A stretch of 64,000 nt of DNA from Methanothermococcus sp. Ax23 (GCF_049075655.1 NZ_CP157522.1:1248001-1312000); one strand, 5' to 3'. Positions 1 to 12,752 are shown, counted from the first letter of the stretch. The notes: generated by a model from the sequence alone, not told the origin. A program made the numbers and translations.

Positions 1-206
1 TCCACAATCCCTTCAACAACAAATGTTGCTGGAAATTCACCCTCTACTTTCAGATTACAAATATATTCCAATGAATCATCGTCCATTTTTTTGTAATCTA
101 TCTTCCAATTGGTATTCAGCTCCAAATCACCTTTTTTTGGATTTTCTTTTGGTCTTATAAATCTTACTTTTTCAATATATATTTTCGTACTAATACTTGC
201 CACCAT
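1..206 (-). CDS. hypothetical protein, 5' part (runs off window)
   Basis: ATG at 206-204 with upstream GGTGA; open frame MVASISTKIYIEKVRFIRPKENPKKGDLELNTNWKIDY... to the window edge. Confidence 0.6.
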   Translation of the reverse strand, partial: MVASISTKIYIEKVRFIRPKENPKKGDLELNTNWKIDYKKMDDDSLEYICNLKVEGEFPATFVVEGIV

Positions 207-380
207 ATTACTAACTCTATTGATATCACCCCTCATCATTATATATAAAATTTATTATTTTCTTCCAATTTTTATTATTATAATAATATAAATATTTAAA
301 AAGTATTACTAAGTATCTAAAAAATAAAGGAAGTCCCACAAGGGACTTCCTTAATATTATATTTAATTAAAATTAATAAA

Positions 381-1685
381 TTATATCATCTCATTAACTT
401 TTTTGATTAATATCTTCATTATCTCCTTGTCGGATAAAAGACCTTCTGGTGCATTGATTACCTTTTTAAGCTCAATTGGAATACCATCCATCCTATAAGC
501 TGTTCCTTCGCATTCGATACCTGCTATTGCAGGAGGGATTATGATATTTGCCAATTCAGATGTCGGAGTTTTATGCGGGTCGATGCATACTAAAGGAATC
601 TTTGCCATGTGCTTAACTGCTTTTTGTGGGAAGTGAGCTCCTGGGTCTGATGCTATATTAAGCATCATGTCCCCATCCTCCCTCATCAATGAATCTGTAA
701 TACTTGTATCCCCGGGGTTGTATCTTGGATAACCTCTTGTGTAATCAACACACAGCGGATATCCGCTTATCCATGTGCATACCTGATTAAATCCATTCAC
801 ATTGTAATGCCCCCTCATTGGAGTTAAAGTGAATTTTGTATGAGCATTTAAATCAATGACCAATTCAATTGCATTATCGATATTTCTATGTTTTCCTCTT
901 GTATGGGTAATGCCCATGCCGAAGAAGAGCTCTCCAAATTGAGCATTTTTACAGACATCCACTGCTTCATAAATTGTTTCAGCAGGAATTCCTGCAACTT
1001 CATCAACATCAAGTTTAACGCCCTTCAATACTGCCCTCATGGCACTCACTAATTCATAGTCCTTATGGGGTTCCACCTGCAAGTGAATATCTGCTAATTT
1101 TGCAGTATCTGTTTTTCTTGGGTCAACGACGATTAAGGTTCTATCATTTCTTCCCCTTTCTCTGAAAAATCCCCTGGCAAATGTTGAATATCTACTCATA
1201 TGTCTTGGGTGGGCATGCATGGGGTTTGAAGCCCAATATATTATTACATCTGCTCTGTTTTTAACTTCCCCCAATGTGCAAATAGGATATCCTACATCCT
1301 GCAACCCCCAAACACTTGGACCATGACAAACCTCTGCGGTATTACTTACAATGCCTCTGATTTTCTCTGCCAATTCCATCCCATACACATGAGCATGGCA
1401 TTCTGTGGCTGAAAATCCATATATCAACGGTAGTTTTGATTCAACCAATAATCTTGCAGTTTCTTCTATTGCAGTTTCGTAATCTGTTTTTTTGAAATCC
1501 TCTTTTTTGTTTTCTCTTATTAAAGGAACAGTGTGCCTCACAGCACCTTCAAAATGCATGAATTTTGCATTCCCTATTCTGCAAGCGTTTTTAGTTCCAA
1601 TAATATGTCCATCTTCAACCATAATTTCCAAATCATCGCACAATGTTCCACAGAAGGGGCATACGACATTTTTAACTATTTCCAT
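381..1685 (-). CDS. fwdB: formylmethanofuran dehydrogenase subunit B, cysteine isoform
   Basis: VVCPFCGTLCDD N-terminus; AEVCHGPS active-site Cys (no UGA); start moved to ATG 1685 behind GGTGA. Confidence 0.92.
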   Translation of the reverse strand: MEIVKNVVCPFCGTLCDDLEIMVEDGHIIGTKNACRIGNAKFMHFEGAVRHTVPLIRENKKEDFKKTDYETAIEETARLLVESKLPLIYGFSATECHAHVYGMELAEKIRGIVSNTAEVCHGPSVWGLQDVGYPICTLGEVKNRADVIIYWASNPMHAHPRHMSRYSTFARGFFRERGRNDRTLIVVDPRKTDTAKLADIHLQVEPHKDYELVSAMRAVLKGVKLDVDEVAGIPAETIYEAVDVCKNAQFGELFFGMGITHTRGKHRNIDNAIELVIDLNAHTKFTLTPMRGHYNVNGFNQVCTWISGYPLCVDYTRGYPRYNPGDTSITDSLMREDGDMMLNIASDPGAHFPQKAVKHMAKIPLVCIDPHKTPTSELANIIIPPAIAGIECEGTAYRMDGIPIELKKVINAPEGLLSDKEIMKILIKKVNEMI

Positions 1686-1729
1686 GTAATCACCCAAATA
1701 ATTAAAATAAAATTAAATATATTTATATA

Positions 1730-3697
1730 TTAATTGGCAGGGTCCTTAAATGCTCCTTCAATCTGCTTAAATAATTGAATGGTTTTAAAGTGATTCTGTT
1801 CCATAGCACCACTTGGACATCCTGCCACACAGGTTCCACAACCTTTGCACAATGCTGAAATAACCTCTACAACAGATCTTCCATCTTTTTCTACTAATTT
1901 TGGAGCTCCATAAGGACATTGTTTTACACAGATGCCACATCCTCCACAAATGTCCTCATTTACCTCTGCAACTATTGGCTCAACATTGACCTCTCCCTTA
2001 GCCATTGGTATTGCAGCCCTTGATGCTGCTGCTGAACCTTGTGCAACCGATGCTGGAATATCCTTAGGTCCTTGACATGCACCTGCAAGATAAATACCAT
2101 CTGTCGCTGTATCAACAGGTTTGAGTTTTGGGTGAGCTTCCATAAAGAACCCATCTGCTGATTTTGAAATACCCAGAACCTTCTGAACATCATCCATAGA
2201 TGCTGTCGGCACCATACCCACTGAAAGAACAACCATATCATATTCTTTCTCAATTAGTTCTCCAAGTAAGGTTTCTTCTGCTCTTATAATCAGATTTTTA
2301 GTTTCTGGGTCTTCTATAATCTGTGCAGGTCTTCCCCTTATGAAGTTTATGCCGTACTGCCATGCGCTTCTTTCATAGAATTCTTCATATCCCTTAGAGA
2401 ATGCCCTAATATCCATATAGTAAATATCTATCTTTGTATCGGGTTCGTGTTCTATTATCAATTGGGAGTTTTTCATAGCATACATACAGCAGACATTTGA
2501 ACAGTATTTATTCCCCACTTTTGCATCTCTTGAACCAACACACTGAATAAAGGCTATTCTTTTTGGATGCTTCCCATCACTTAGCCTTACAACGTGCCCC
2601 ATTGTTGGACCTGATGCATTTATCAGCCTTTCAAGTTCAAGCCCTGTAATTACATTATCATAAACCCCATAGCCATACTCCTCCTTAATCGATGGGTCGA
2701 ATGGGTCATACCCTATTGCAGTAATTATGCTTCCCACCTCTTCCTCAATAATCTCGGGTTTTTGATTGTAGTCTATTGCATTAGGTCCGCAAACTGTGGA
2801 ACATAATCCACATTCTATACAATGTTCTTTGTCAATTGTGTATTTTGCAGGAACAGCCTGTGGGAATGGTTTATATATTGCCTTTCTTGTTCCAAGCCCC
2901 ATATCAAATTCATTTGGAACTTCAATTGGACATACCTCTGCACACTGACCGCATCCTGTACATTTTGTTTCATCAAGGTATCTTGGCTTTTTTAATATCT
3001 TGACCTTGAAGTTTCCAATGTATCCGCTTACTTCTTTAACCTCTGAATAGGAATAAAGTTTAACATTTGGATGCTTTGCAACATCTACCATTTTTGGAGC
3101 TAAAATACAGATAGAACAGTCGTTTGTTGGAAATGTTTTGTCCAGCTGTGCCATCCTTCCCCCAACAGATGGTGTTTTCTCAACCAATATTGTTTCAAAT
3201 CCCATATCTCCCAAATCCAGTGCCGCCTGAATACCTGAAACACCACCACCAATTACCAGAGCTCTGTTTTTAACACCTACATTAATAAAGTCCAATGGTT
3301 CCAACAATCTTGCCTTTGCAACTCCCATTCTTACTAAATCTTTTGCCTTTTCCGTAGCCTTCTCTGGCTCATGCATATGCACCCAAGAATCATGTTCTCT
3401 TATATTTACAAACTCGAATAAGAAGGGATTTAATCCAGCTTCTTCAACACATCTCCTAAATGTTGGTTCGTGCATTCTTGGAGAACAAGCCGCAACAACA
3501 ACCCTATTTAAATTATACTCTTTAATGTCCTTCTGTATGATTTCCTGCCCCGGGTCTGCACAGAAATATTTGTAATCTCTTGCAACAACAACATTTTTTA
3601 ATGTTTTAGCAAACTCGGCAAGTTCTGGACAATTAACTACTCCGCCAATGTTAATTCCACAATGGCAGACATAAACACCAATTCTTGGTTCTTCCAT
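1730..3697 (-). CDS. hdrA: heterodisulfide reductase subunit A, cysteine isoform
   Basis: [19 protein letters not shown] motif, [13 protein letters not shown], ferredoxin motifs. Confidence 0.96.
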   Translation of the reverse strand: MEEPRIGVYVCHCGINIGGVVNCPELAEFAKTLKNVVVARDYKYFCADPGQEIIQKDIKEYNLNRVVVAACSPRMHEPTFRRCVEEAGLNPFLFEFVNIREHDSWVHMHEPEKATEKAKDLVRMGVAKARLLEPLDFINVGVKNRALVIGGGVSGIQAALDLGDMGFETILVEKTPSVGGRMAQLDKTFPTNDCSICILAPKMVDVAKHPNVKLYSYSEVKEVSGYIGNFKVKILKKPRYLDETKCTGCGQCAEVCPIEVPNEFDMGLGTRKAIYKPFPQAVPAKYTIDKEHCIECGLCSTVCGPNAIDYNQKPEIIEEEVGSIITAIGYDPFDPSIKEEYGYGVYDNVITGLELERLINASGPTMGHVVRLSDGKHPKRIAFIQCVGSRDAKVGNKYCSNVCCMYAMKNSQLIIEHEPDTKIDIYYMDIRAFSKGYEEFYERSAWQYGINFIRGRPAQIIEDPETKNLIIRAEETLLGELIEKEYDMVVLSVGMVPTASMDDVQKVLGISKSADGFFMEAHPKLKPVDTATDGIYLAGACQGPKDIPASVAQGSAAASRAAIPMAKGEVNVEPIVAEVNEDICGGCGICVKQCPYGAPKLVEKDGRSVVEVISALCKGCGTCVAGCPSGAMEQNHFKTIQLFKQIEGAFKDPAN

Positions 3698-3771
3698 AAT
3701 ATCACCATTATTTATATCAATATTATATTTTCTAATGACCTAATTTAAAAAAATCCCATCCTTGTCATATT

Positions 3772-4920
3772 TTATCGCAATTCTAAAACTTTCTTTTTCT
3801 CTGCCTCTGCACATGAGAGGCAAAGGAGACACATGACACAGTATCCTTTTAATGGGATTTTACCTTTACTTAATCTTAAAGTATCCATTGGACATACTTC
3901 AACACATTTTCCACATTTATCACATAAGTGTGGGCTGAATTCTATTCTGTTGTAGTCCTTTCCATTGTGGTTTATTGAGCCCATCTTCAAAGCACCAGTT
4001 GGACATGCCACAGTGCATGCTCCACAAACTATACACATTTTTATGGTTTTTGATTTTTTATCTGCAACTATGGCGTCAGTTGGACATACTTTTGCACATT
4101 TTTCCAATATATCGTAATCCTTCTCAATTATTACGAGACCTTCATCTGTAATTGGATGAGCAGATTCGTATTTTACATCAAGTGTTAAAGCATCCACTGG
4201 ACAGATATTCACACACAAATTACATGCTGGACATGCCACTGGAGTTTCAATCACAAGGTTTTCGTTATCAACTTTAATCATATTGCCAGGACATATTTCA
4301 GCACATTTGATACATCCAATACATTTTTCAGTATCCACTTCGAATTTTAAGATTTCCTTCTTCCTCTTTTTAGGAATCTTTCCAGCGACAAATATTGCAT
4401 TCCATGGACATGTCTGGGCACAAAGTGAGCAGTATATACATTTATTCTTATCCACAACTGCTTTACCGTCTTCCATAGTAATAGCATCTACTGGACATAC
4501 TGGAACGCACACTTCACACCCAACACAGGCATCAGTAACTGCTATTGGGTCCTTTGGAATGTTTATTTCTTTTTTAGGTTTTTCTACCAGTCCTGGGATT
4601 GATATAATTTCAATCGGACATACTTCAACACATTTTTTACATAAAACACAGTGTCCCTTTGAGTATGGGAATGTATCATCTACTTTCTTTATCTTTGTTG
4701 GGCACACTTCTGCACATGCCCCACATTTTTTACATTTTGTTGGATTGTAGTTTATCTTATCATCCAATTCTGACAAAGCCCCTGTTGGACACACCTGCGT
4801 ACACTGCATACACAAGGTGCATGTCTTAAAGGGGGCTATCTCTATGGCATCTGTTGGACAGACCGCCGCACATGCATTACACACTAAGCATGCATCCTCT
4901 TGAATCTTTATTCCTTCCAA
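3772..4920 (-). CDS. vhcB: polyferredoxin (VhcB/MvhB)
   Basis: many CxxCxxCxxxCP repeats; position after the hydrogenase large subunit. Confidence 0.88.
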   Translation of the reverse strand: MEGIKIQEDACLVCNACAAVCPTDAIEIAPFKTCTLCMQCTQVCPTGALSELDDKINYNPTKCKKCGACAEVCPTKIKKVDDTFPYSKGHCVLCKKCVEVCPIEIISIPGLVEKPKKEINIPKDPIAVTDACVGCEVCVPVCPVDAITMEDGKAVVDKNKCIYCSLCAQTCPWNAIFVAGKIPKKRKKEILKFEVDTEKCIGCIKCAEICPGNMIKVDNENLVIETPVACPACNLCVNICPVDALTLDVKYESAHPITDEGLVIIEKDYDILEKCAKVCPTDAIVADKKSKTIKMCIVCGACTVACPTGALKMGSINHNGKDYNRIEFSPHLCDKCGKCVEVCPMDTLRLSKGKIPLKGYCVMCLLCLSCAEAEKKKVLELR

Positions 4921-4979
4921 TGTATAACACCTTTTGAGTTTTTAATCTAACCAAAGTTTCACATAAATTAATCGTTAAA

Positions 4980-6401
4980 TTATACTCTTATTGATTTAAC
5001 CAGTTCATTTTCTTTATATACCTCCAATGAGAGATTACTAGCATTATTACCTATTACGTGGGTTGCACAGGATAAACAGGGGTCATAAGCCCTAATTACC
5101 ATTTCCATGTAATTCAAAACCTGCGGGTTTGCATCATCTGGTGTTTTTAAGTATTTTTCAGCAACCTTTCTAACACCAATATCCATTGCAGGATTGTTTT
5201 GAACTGTCGCAACAATCAAGTTAGTATCTTTAATGATTCCTTTATCATCTGTTTTAAAGTGGTGTATTAAAGTCCCCCTTGGAGCTTCGACACATCCTAC
5301 TCCTTCACCAATTACATCATCAGGTTCTGTCCTTATGTCTGTATCAACAATTTTATCATTCTCTAGAAGTTCTTTTGTTTTTTCAGCACTTGATAAGAGC
5401 TCTATCAATCTTGCATAATTAAACAATATTGGATAGTGGCATGGTTTTCCAAACTCATTAATAAATTCTTCATAGTATTTTTGTGCCAGTGGTGTTGCCA
5501 TTTTATCCGAAACATTAAGTCTTGACAGTGTATTTACCCTATAAACCCCCTCTTCTTCCCCTTTATCCTTTAAGTATGGGAATTTCAAGTAGGAGTAGGG
5601 CCTAACTCCCTCGACAATATAATTTGTATATTCAGCAGGGTCAAATTCATATTCGGTTTTTCCTTTTGGATTAACTACTCTAATTTTTCCATCATAGAGC
5701 TCATGGGTTCCATCATTTACCATACCTGCATGGTAGGATTCAAAATACCCTATGTCCATTAAATCATTTTCTTTTATATTTTCAATTAGTTTTTTACCTA
5801 TTTCGATGGATTTTTCAGACAATTCTATTGCCCTATCTGATAATTTTAATAATTCATCCCTTTCTTCTTCTTTCAATGGTTTTGACTGACCTCCAACAAC
5901 TGCTGTGGCTGGGTGGATTGCCCTTCCTCCAACTGTTTTTACAATGGTTTGACCTATTTTTCTTAATTCTATCGCTTCTTTAACAACTTCGGGGTTTTCT
6001 TTTGCTATGCCCAATAAATTTCTTTTTAAAATATCCTCTGTTGTTGGAAACATTAAATCAGGAGCTCCAAGGGCATAAAAATGCAGTGCATGACTGTGAA
6101 CTGTTGCCCCTTGGTGCATTAAATTTCTTAAAAGATTTGCTGTTTCAGGAATTTTTACTCCAAATACATTATCTACCGCCTTTGCACTTGCCAGGTGGTG
6201 AGACACTTGACATATTCCACAGATTCTTGGGGTATATGTTGGTGCATCTTCGATATATCTTCCTTCTAAAAATTTTTCAAAACCTCTAACCTCTACCACA
6301 TGAAAATGAACTTTATCTAAATTTCCACCCTCATCAAAAGACACAGTTATCTTTCCATGCCCTTCGACCCTTGTAACTGGTTCAACTGATAACTTTACCA
6401 T
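4980..6401 (-). CDS. vhcA: F420-non-reducing [NiFe] hydrogenase large subunit (Cys form)
   Basis: RICGIC and DPCLSCATH in one chain (no separate VhuU peptide). Confidence 0.92.
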   Translation of the reverse strand: MVKLSVEPVTRVEGHGKITVSFDEGGNLDKVHFHVVEVRGFEKFLEGRYIEDAPTYTPRICGICQVSHHLASAKAVDNVFGVKIPETANLLRNLMHQGATVHSHALHFYALGAPDLMFPTTEDILKRNLLGIAKENPEVVKEAIELRKIGQTIVKTVGGRAIHPATAVVGGQSKPLKEEERDELLKLSDRAIELSEKSIEIGKKLIENIKENDLMDIGYFESYHAGMVNDGTHELYDGKIRVVNPKGKTEYEFDPAEYTNYIVEGVRPYSYLKFPYLKDKGEEEGVYRVNTLSRLNVSDKMATPLAQKYYEEFINEFGKPCHYPILFNYARLIELLSSAEKTKELLENDKIVDTDIRTEPDDVIGEGVGCVEAPRGTLIHHFKTDDKGIIKDTNLIVATVQNNPAMDIGVRKVAEKYLKTPDDANPQVLNYMEMVIRAYDPCLSCATHVIGNNASNLSLEVYKENELVKSIRV

Positions 6402-6432
6402 TTTATCACCATTATTTTAATATTGATATTTA

Positions 6433-7338
6433 TTACTCATCCTTTAATTTAACAGGAATCAAAGCACTCGGAAGCGTAAATTTATAAAAACATCCTATTT
6501 TGTCGTCTATTGATTTTGGAAGTATTGTAGGGTCCACTTCTTTATCTTTATCAATCCCATAATCAGAACACAACGCAGAAATCATTTTTGCCCCTTGGTC
6601 TATAACAGCACCTGTTGGTCCATAACATCCAGAGCATGGAACCCCTGCACTAGGACATTTTGCACCACAGGTCGCTCTTGTTGCAGGCCCCATACATAGA
6701 TATCCCTGTTCTAACAGGCATTTTTCTGGGTCTGGCGTTCCTTTGAACTTTCTTTTTAGGGTTGTAATTGAAACTCCATCTTCACTCTTTTTCCTTGAAC
6801 ATTCTTCACAGAGGTTATTCTTTGGCAGTTCAGGAGTTTTTCCTTCCAATAATGCAGTCAATACTTTTGCTATGAGCTCAGGTTCTGGCGGACATCCTGG
6901 TATAATATAATCTACATCTATAACATCGGATAACGGTTTAACTCTTGAAGTTAATTCAGGAACTTCTTCGTCTGGGATAATGCCTTTTTCATTTTCTGTC
7001 GTTAATGTTGTTTTATAGACCTTGTCTAATATCTCTTCATTTGAATATAAGTTCTCCAATCCTGGAACACCGCCGAATCCTGCACAGCTACCAAATGCTA
7101 CGACTATTTTTGCTTTTTCCCTCATTTCTTTTGCTATTTCTTCGTTTTCTTTATTTCTTATTCCCCCTTCAATCAATGCAATATCCACATTATCAGGAAT
7201 TTCCTTAACATCCATTAGAACAGGGCAGTGGACGAGCTCAACTTTATCCAATATATTTAGGAGCTCTTCATGTAAATCTAACAAGCTTATATGACATCCA
7301 GAACAACAGCACAGCCATGTCGTTGCTATTTTTACCAT
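6433..7338 (-). CDS. vhcG: F420-non-reducing hydrogenase small subunit
   Basis: CSGC, GSCA, IPGCPP, CMGP and CYGP motifs. Confidence 0.9.
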   Translation of the reverse strand: MVKIATTWLCCCSGCHISLLDLHEELLNILDKVELVHCPVLMDVKEIPDNVDIALIEGGIRNKENEEIAKEMREKAKIVVAFGSCAGFGGVPGLENLYSNEEILDKVYKTTLTTENEKGIIPDEEVPELTSRVKPLSDVIDVDYIIPGCPPEPELIAKVLTALLEGKTPELPKNNLCEECSRKKSEDGVSITTLKRKFKGTPDPEKCLLEQGYLCMGPATRATCGAKCPSAGVPCSGCYGPTGAVIDQGAKMISALCSDYGIDKDKEVDPTILPKSIDDKIGCFYKFTLPSALIPVKLKDE

Positions 7339-7375
7339 CTAATCACCATTTATCCATTATATATCTATTTTAATA

Positions 7376-7798
7376 TTATTCTCCTAATTTTTCTTTTAAT
7401 TTCAAAGGTCCTAATGATTTTACAGTATTATATACTTCAATCATTGTTTTTTGGAATTTCTCACCTTCTGATGCTGAAATCCATTCAAATCTAAACCTTT
7501 CTTTTTCAATGCCAAATTCTGGAAGTAACTCCTCTAAAAACATGGCTCTTCTTTGCCATTTGTAGTTTCCAGAATCATAATGGCAATCTGCCAAGTGGCA
7601 ACCTCCAACAAAAACGCCGTCTGCTCCTTCACTAAATGCTTTTAAAATTAGAGATGGTTCTATTCTTCCAGAGCACATAACTCTGATTATTCTAATGCTT
7701 GGAGGATATTGCATCCTACCTACTCCTGCTGTATCTGCTCCACCATAGGTGCACCAGTTACAACAAAACCCTACTATTTTTGGTTCCCAGTCTGACAT
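7376..7798 (-). CDS. vhcD: hydrogenase [2Fe-2S] subunit D (Cys form)
   Basis: [28 protein letters not shown]; start at MSDWEPK behind GGTGA. Confidence 0.92.
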   Translation of the reverse strand: MSDWEPKIVGFCCNWCTYGGADTAGVGRMQYPPSIRIIRVMCSGRIEPSLILKAFSEGADGVFVGGCHLADCHYDSGNYKWQRRAMFLEELLPEFGIEKERFRFEWISASEGEKFQKTMIEVYNTVKSLGPLKLKEKLGE

Positions 7799-8183
7799 TT
7801 CATCACCTATTAAAAATATTGATATGTTTATTGCACAATCTAATACTGACTTTAAAGTTTGTGATATATATAATAATATATTTAAAATCAAATAGTAAAA
7901 TTTATATAGCCATTTAAAATTATTTAAATTATTTAAGTTTATTTAACATTTTTTTAATAATTCTTTACAAAAAAAGAATATTTGATATTATTTTTATTTA
8001 ATTAGTATTATTAAAATCATATAAACTCGGATTTTTGTTTTAACATATATATCTTTCTATTTTGAACAAATAACCGTATTTTAAATATATTATGATTAAT
8101 AATAGATATATTAGTTTTTTAAATATCAATTAACTAATTAAATAATATATTAACTATTTTAATATCAGATATGTGGTGATTCC
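7799..8183. promoter_or_regulatory. divergent vhc/frc promoter region
   Basis: AT-rich intergenic region between divergent operons, TATA-like boxes (e.g. ~7863-7875, 8084-8090); same layout as the selenium-repressed vhc/frc region of Methanococcus voltae. Confidence 0.55.
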
Positions 8184-9416
8184 ATGGGGAAAATTGTGGA
8201 AATAAATCCGACAACAAGGCATGAAGGCCATACAAAACTAGTTTTAAAAATTGATGATGAAGGAATTGTAGAAAAAGGAGCCTATTTAAGTGTAACGCCA
8301 GTAAGGGGTTTTGAAAAATTTTTAGTAGGAAAACCAGCGGAATTCGCACCGCTTGCTGTGATGAGATTTTGTGGAATCTGTCAAGCTGCACATGGGATTT
8401 CATCAGTTGAGGCAATTGAAGATGCATGCAACATAACTCCTCCAAAAGATGGATTATTATTAAGAGAATTGCTCGGAATTGGAAATAAATTGCACTCTCA
8501 CCCACTGCACCAATTCTTAATCTCTCCTGATTTTGTGCCTGAAAAGGATAAAGTTGAGTTCATCAAGAGAGTCCAGGCAATGAGAAAAATAGGGCAATAT
8601 ATCTGCGATGTTGTAGGGGGAGAAGCAATACATCCACCAAATATAATGATTGGAGGGATGGCAAAGAATATCACAGAAAGTGTTAAATCAAAAATATACT
8701 ACAAATGCAAAGAATATGAAAAACTTGCGAAGGAACAGATAGATTATTTAATTCCGATATTTGAAAATAAAACATTAGTTGATGGAACTGAGCTCCCGGA
8801 AAAACTCGGATACCACGATTTTGGATATATAGCTACCCATCCAACCTATGGAGATAGAACAAAGATTGACCAAGATAATGTCGTAGAATATGCCCCATTT
8901 GATGTCTATGATAAGGATGTGGCAATTCAGGCATCAACAACAATTCCTACTTTAAATGGAAGATTGGCAGAGGTTGGACCCAGAGCGAGATTCAATAAAT
9001 TCTTTGATTTTAAGGAAAAGGGAGCCATGGCGATACATGTAGCTAGGGCTTATGAAATGATTGTCCATGTTAAGAGAGCATTAGAAATTATTGATGAATT
9101 AAATGTAAATGGAAAAACCCTAGCGGATGAACCGATAACCGGAGATGGTGAAAAAGTAGGATTGGGTGTTCATGAAGCAGCAAGAGGGCACAACACTCAT
9201 CAAGCTTCAATTGATAAAAACGGAAGAATAACATATTATAATGCAATTGTCGCTACAACATGGAACATTCCGTTGATTGGTAAAGCAATTGAAGGAAGTC
9301 ATTATAAATTTGCAGAACACGTTGTTAGGGCTTATGACCCGTGTGTTTCCTGTGCAACTCACATGATTGTTAAAGATTACGATAATAAAACAGTTGATGA
9401 AAAATTCATTCAGTAG
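8184..9416 (+). CDS. frcA: F420-reducing hydrogenase alpha subunit (Cys form)
   Basis: [23 protein letters not shown]. Confidence 0.93.
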   Translation: MGKIVEINPTTRHEGHTKLVLKIDDEGIVEKGAYLSVTPVRGFEKFLVGKPAEFAPLAVMRFCGICQAAHGISSVEAIEDACNITPPKDGLLLRELLGIGNKLHSHPLHQFLISPDFVPEKDKVEFIKRVQAMRKIGQYICDVVGGEAIHPPNIMIGGMAKNITESVKSKIYYKCKEYEKLAKEQIDYLIPIFENKTLVDGTELPEKLGYHDFGYIATHPTYGDRTKIDQDNVVEYAPFDVYDKDVAIQASTTIPTLNGRLAEVGPRARFNKFFDFKEKGAMAIHVARAYEMIVHVKRALEIIDELNVNGKTLADEPITGDGEKVGLGVHEAARGHNTHQASIDKNGRITYYNAIVATTWNIPLIGKAIEGSHYKFAEHVVRAYDPCVSCATHMIVKDYDNKTVDEKFIQ

Positions 9417-9483
9417 ATAAAAAATGAATAACTAACAAAAATAAAAATAATTAAAAATTCAAAAATATTAATTAAGGTGGAAT

Positions 9484-9978
9484 ATGCCCAATTATCTAAA
9501 TAAAGAAGTTTTAGTTCTTGGATGTGGAAATATATTATTTGGAGACGATGGATTTGGATATACCGTAATAAATGAATTAAATAAAATGAAGGAAAAAAAT
9601 CCAATCTTGAATTCCAATAAAATAGAGATAATTGATGCGGGGACTGGTGCATCTCACTTTATATTGTCTTTAATTGATGAAAATACACCAATAAAGAAGA
9701 TTGTAATAATAGATGCAATAGAATATGGCTTGAAAGCTGGGGAATTAATAAAACTACGCCCTAAGGATTTACCGAATATAGAGAAATACCAAGTAGATGC
9801 CCACGATATGCCACTTGCAGGAATGTTAAATGAACTTAATGAAAAATACAAAATTGATGTTGTAGTTATTGGATGTCAAATAAAGAATATGACTGCACCA
9901 GATATATGTCTTGAATTATCAGAAGAAGTTAAAAAATCGGTCAATGGCGCAGTAAATATGGTTTTGGACGAATTATAA
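9484..9978 (+). CDS. frcD: hydrogenase maturation protease FrhD
   Basis: GCGNILFGDDGFG, DAH motif. Confidence 0.9.
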   Translation: MPNYLNKEVLVLGCGNILFGDDGFGYTVINELNKMKEKNPILNSNKIEIIDAGTGASHFILSLIDENTPIKKIVIIDAIEYGLKAGELIKLRPKDLPNIEKYQVDAHDMPLAGMLNELNEKYKIDVVVIGCQIKNMTAPDICLELSEEVKKSVNGAVNMVLDEL

Positions 9979-10011
9979 TATGCATTGAATATATATAATT
10001 GAGGTGAAAAA

Positions 10012-10740
10012 ATGGTCAGGGTGGCACATATTCACATGAGCGGGTGCACTGGATGTTTAATATCCTTAACCGATACTTATGAAAAGCTTTTGAATATATT
10101 GGAGAATATAGATTTAGTTTATTCATTGACATTGATGGATGAAAAAACCGAAATAAAAGAAACTGATGATAAAATATTGATTGAAAGAAATATTCCAGAC
10201 AACATAGATATTGCACTTGTGGAAGGCGGAGTTTGTTTAGATGACAAACACCCTATGAAAGATATTCTTGAAACTAGAGAAAAATCAAAAATCGTGGTTG
10301 CATTGGGAGCATGTGCATCAACTGGGGGTGTTCTGAGGTATTGTAGGGGAGGGCAGATGTCAAAACCAACACATGCATCATATACTGCAATTGGAGATGT
10401 AATAAAAGTTGATTTGGCAATTCCCGGATGCCCGCCATCACCAGAATTAATAGTTAATGTAATTACAGCAGCATTAAATGGAGACATGGATTATTTGGAA
10501 CCATTTGCAGAATTTGCTAAAAAAACAGAATACTGCGGATGTGATTTGATATACAATGTTATAAACAAATCCCTTTGCATGGGATGTGGAACATGTGCGT
10601 CTGCATGTCCTTTAAGAGTAATTAGTATGATAGATGGAAAACCAAACATAAGGAGCGAATTATGTATAAAATGCGGTGCATGTTCATTCCAGTGCCCAAG
10701 AATTAGGCTTCCAGAACAGGTTAAGGAGTTAGAGGAATAA
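10012..10740 (+). CDS. frcG: F420-reducing hydrogenase gamma subunit
   Basis: CTGC, GACA, IPGCPP and two C-terminal ferredoxin motifs. Confidence 0.92.
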   Translation: MVRVAHIHMSGCTGCLISLTDTYEKLLNILENIDLVYSLTLMDEKTEIKETDDKILIERNIPDNIDIALVEGGVCLDDKHPMKDILETREKSKIVVALGACASTGGVLRYCRGGQMSKPTHASYTAIGDVIKVDLAIPGCPPSPELIVNVITAALNGDMDYLEPFAEFAKKTEYCGCDLIYNVINKSLCMGCGTCASACPLRVISMIDGKPNIRSELCIKCGACSFQCPRIRLPEQVKELEE

Positions 10741-10765
10741 ATAATAAAATCCTAGGGGTGATTAA

Positions 10766-11614
10766 ATGGATGCTTTTGGAAAATATAAAACAGTAATATC
10801 TGCAAGAGCAGCAGATAAAAAAATATTGAAAAAATCCCAAGATGGAGGGATTGTATCTGCTGCATATATCTATGGATTGGAGAACAACCTTTTAGATGGT
10901 GTAATAGTAGCAGATAAAGAAGATGAGTTTAAGGCAGTTCCTAAGGTTGCCACAACACCAGAAGAGGTTTTAAATGCAGCAGGAACAAAATATACCGTAT
11001 GTTCAAACCTGAGTGTTTTGAAAAATGCTATCAGAGAATATGGCTGTGAAAAACTTGGAGTTGTAGGAACTCCTTGTCAGGTAATAGCTACAAGAAAAGC
11101 CATAAAATATCCAGTAGGATTTAGACACATGCCTGATAAAATTGCATTGATTGTAGGAATCTTCTGTATGGAAAACTTCCCATACAATGGTATGAAAACC
11201 ATAGTTGAAGAACACTGCGGTGTGAAAATAGAAGATGTTGCTAAATTGGACATTGGAAAAGGTAAATTCTGGGTATATACGAAATGGGGAGAAACAAAAT
11301 CCATCAAGTTAAAAGAAACCCATCCTTATGAACAAATAGCATGTCATGTATGCACCGACTATACAGCAGAATTGGCTGATATTTCAACAGGTTCAGTAGG
11401 TAGCCCTGATGGTTGGAGCTCTGTATTTGTAAGGACTGCAAAAGGAGAAGAATTTATTAATAAAATGATTGATGAAGGATACTTAGAAACCAAACCAATA
11501 GATGAAGGTAAATTTGGTTTAGGAATACTTGAAAAACTTGCATTACTTAAAAAAGATAAAAACGCAAAAGAAATCGAGCATAGGAAGGAAATAGGATTAC
11601 CTGTTCCTTATTAA
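10766..11614 (+). CDS. frcB: F420-reducing hydrogenase beta subunit
   Basis: [24 protein letters not shown]. Confidence 0.93.
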   Translation: MDAFGKYKTVISARAADKKILKKSQDGGIVSAAYIYGLENNLLDGVIVADKEDEFKAVPKVATTPEEVLNAAGTKYTVCSNLSVLKNAIREYGCEKLGVVGTPCQVIATRKAIKYPVGFRHMPDKIALIVGIFCMENFPYNGMKTIVEEHCGVKIEDVAKLDIGKGKFWVYTKWGETKSIKLKETHPYEQIACHVCTDYTAELADISTGSVGSPDGWSSVFVRTAKGEEFINKMIDEGYLETKPIDEGKFGLGILEKLALLKKDKNAKEIEHRKEIGLPVPY

Positions 11615-11809
11615 ATAAATATAGTTCATTAATTTAGGTTCCAACCGACACGAGCGATAGCGAGTGGAGGTTGGATTTCCGAATGAAATGAGGAAATCGT
11701 ATAAATCCACAAAGTGGATTTTGAGATTTTGGGTAGCATCCTTTTTTAAAGGATGCATGCAAAGGAAATAGAACATAGGAAGGAAATAGGATTACCTGTT
11801 CCTTATTAA
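11615..11809. repeat. hairpin array followed by a 51-bp duplicate of the frcB 3' end
   Basis: 11759-11809 matches 11564-11614 at 48/51; several short inverted repeats in between. Confidence 0.85.
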
Positions 11810-11834
11810 CTATTTTTATTCTTTGAAAAAATAG

Positions 11835-12404
11835 CTAACCTTCATTTCGTTCAGTGATTAAATCTAAAAATCCCCTTCCTATTAAATGAGATATTCTTAA
11901 ACATTCTGGAATTTTGCTTTTTAATCTTGTTTTTTTAATTATTAAATTAAGGAGCTCCCTCTTAATACCGACATATTGAACATATATTCCTTCAATATTT
12001 TCAGGCTCTGGAAATGATTTTAAAAGAGAGATTCTTTCTTCATAATCATCAAAATGTTTTTTTAACGCATCCATCATTTTTTGACGGTTTGGCATCCTAT
12101 CTATAACTGCAACCACGGGAATCCCTGTTTTCTCATTTACTTCATAGAGATTTGTTATATTAAACCCCCCAAATGTAACGCCGTCCAAAAATATAACATT
12201 TATTTTTGTTTTATGTTTCCCCATGACCATTTCAATAATCTTTTCCGTTGAGTCCATTCCATCCCGTTTTATCCTCTTAAAATAAATGCCGTCTATTATT
12301 CTATTTCCTCGGCAGTATGTTCCTATTAATATTGCCTCTTTATCATTTTTATCAAATGGTGCATCATCTATTCCGATAACGCCAATTTCATCTTTAATAT
12401 TCAT
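11835..12404 (-). CDS. DUF99/UPF0215 family (endonuclease V-like) protein
   Basis: IGIDDAPF, DGVTFGGFN, IPECLRISHLI. Confidence 0.8.
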   Translation of the reverse strand: MNIKDEIGVIGIDDAPFDKNDKEAILIGTYCRGNRIIDGIYFKRIKRDGMDSTEKIIEMVMGKHKTKINVIFLDGVTFGGFNITNLYEVNEKTGIPVVAVIDRMPNRQKMMDALKKHFDDYEERISLLKSFPEPENIEGIYVQYVGIKRELLNLIIKKTRLKSKIPECLRISHLIGRGFLDLITERNEG

Positions 12405-12448
12405 TATACCACAAATATTACTTTTTTATTTTTTAGCTCTATTTTTAA

Positions 12449-12691
12449 TTATCTTCTTTTAGACAGCAGATAATAAATTATAGCCCCGATTATGCCCAAA
12501 AACCAAACAACCAACAGCCATAGAATTTTTTCAAGAGTGTCCAAATCATCCCTTTTAAGTATATCTATAACAACCAATATAAATACTACAATTCTTATTA
12601 TACCCCACAATCCAAAAAACATGAAACCAAAAAAAGGGAGCTCCGTTATTCCAAAACCATTTCCCATCATATTCATTGGGGAAAACCACAT
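12449..12691 (-). CDS. small membrane protein, PLDc N-terminal-like domain
   Basis: DIL...EKILWLLVV...GAIIYY pattern. Confidence 0.7.
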   Translation of the reverse strand: MWFSPMNMMGNGFGITELPFFGFMFFGLWGIIRIVVFILVVIDILKRDDLDTLEKILWLLVVWFLGIIGAIIYYLLSKRR

Positions 12692-12752
12692 ATTATTTCA
12701 CCTTAAAAAATTAAATTTAAGATTAAAATATAATAAAATATATAATAAAAAT

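Noticed and set aside
7799-8183. Specific selenium-regulatory repeats as described in M. voltae
   Set aside because: I could not identify convincing repeats in this AT-rich region by eye.
11638-11760. Hairpin array as a SECIS element or CRISPR array
   Set aside because: No in-frame UGA in the upstream genes, and no repeat-spacer periodicity here or elsewhere in the window.
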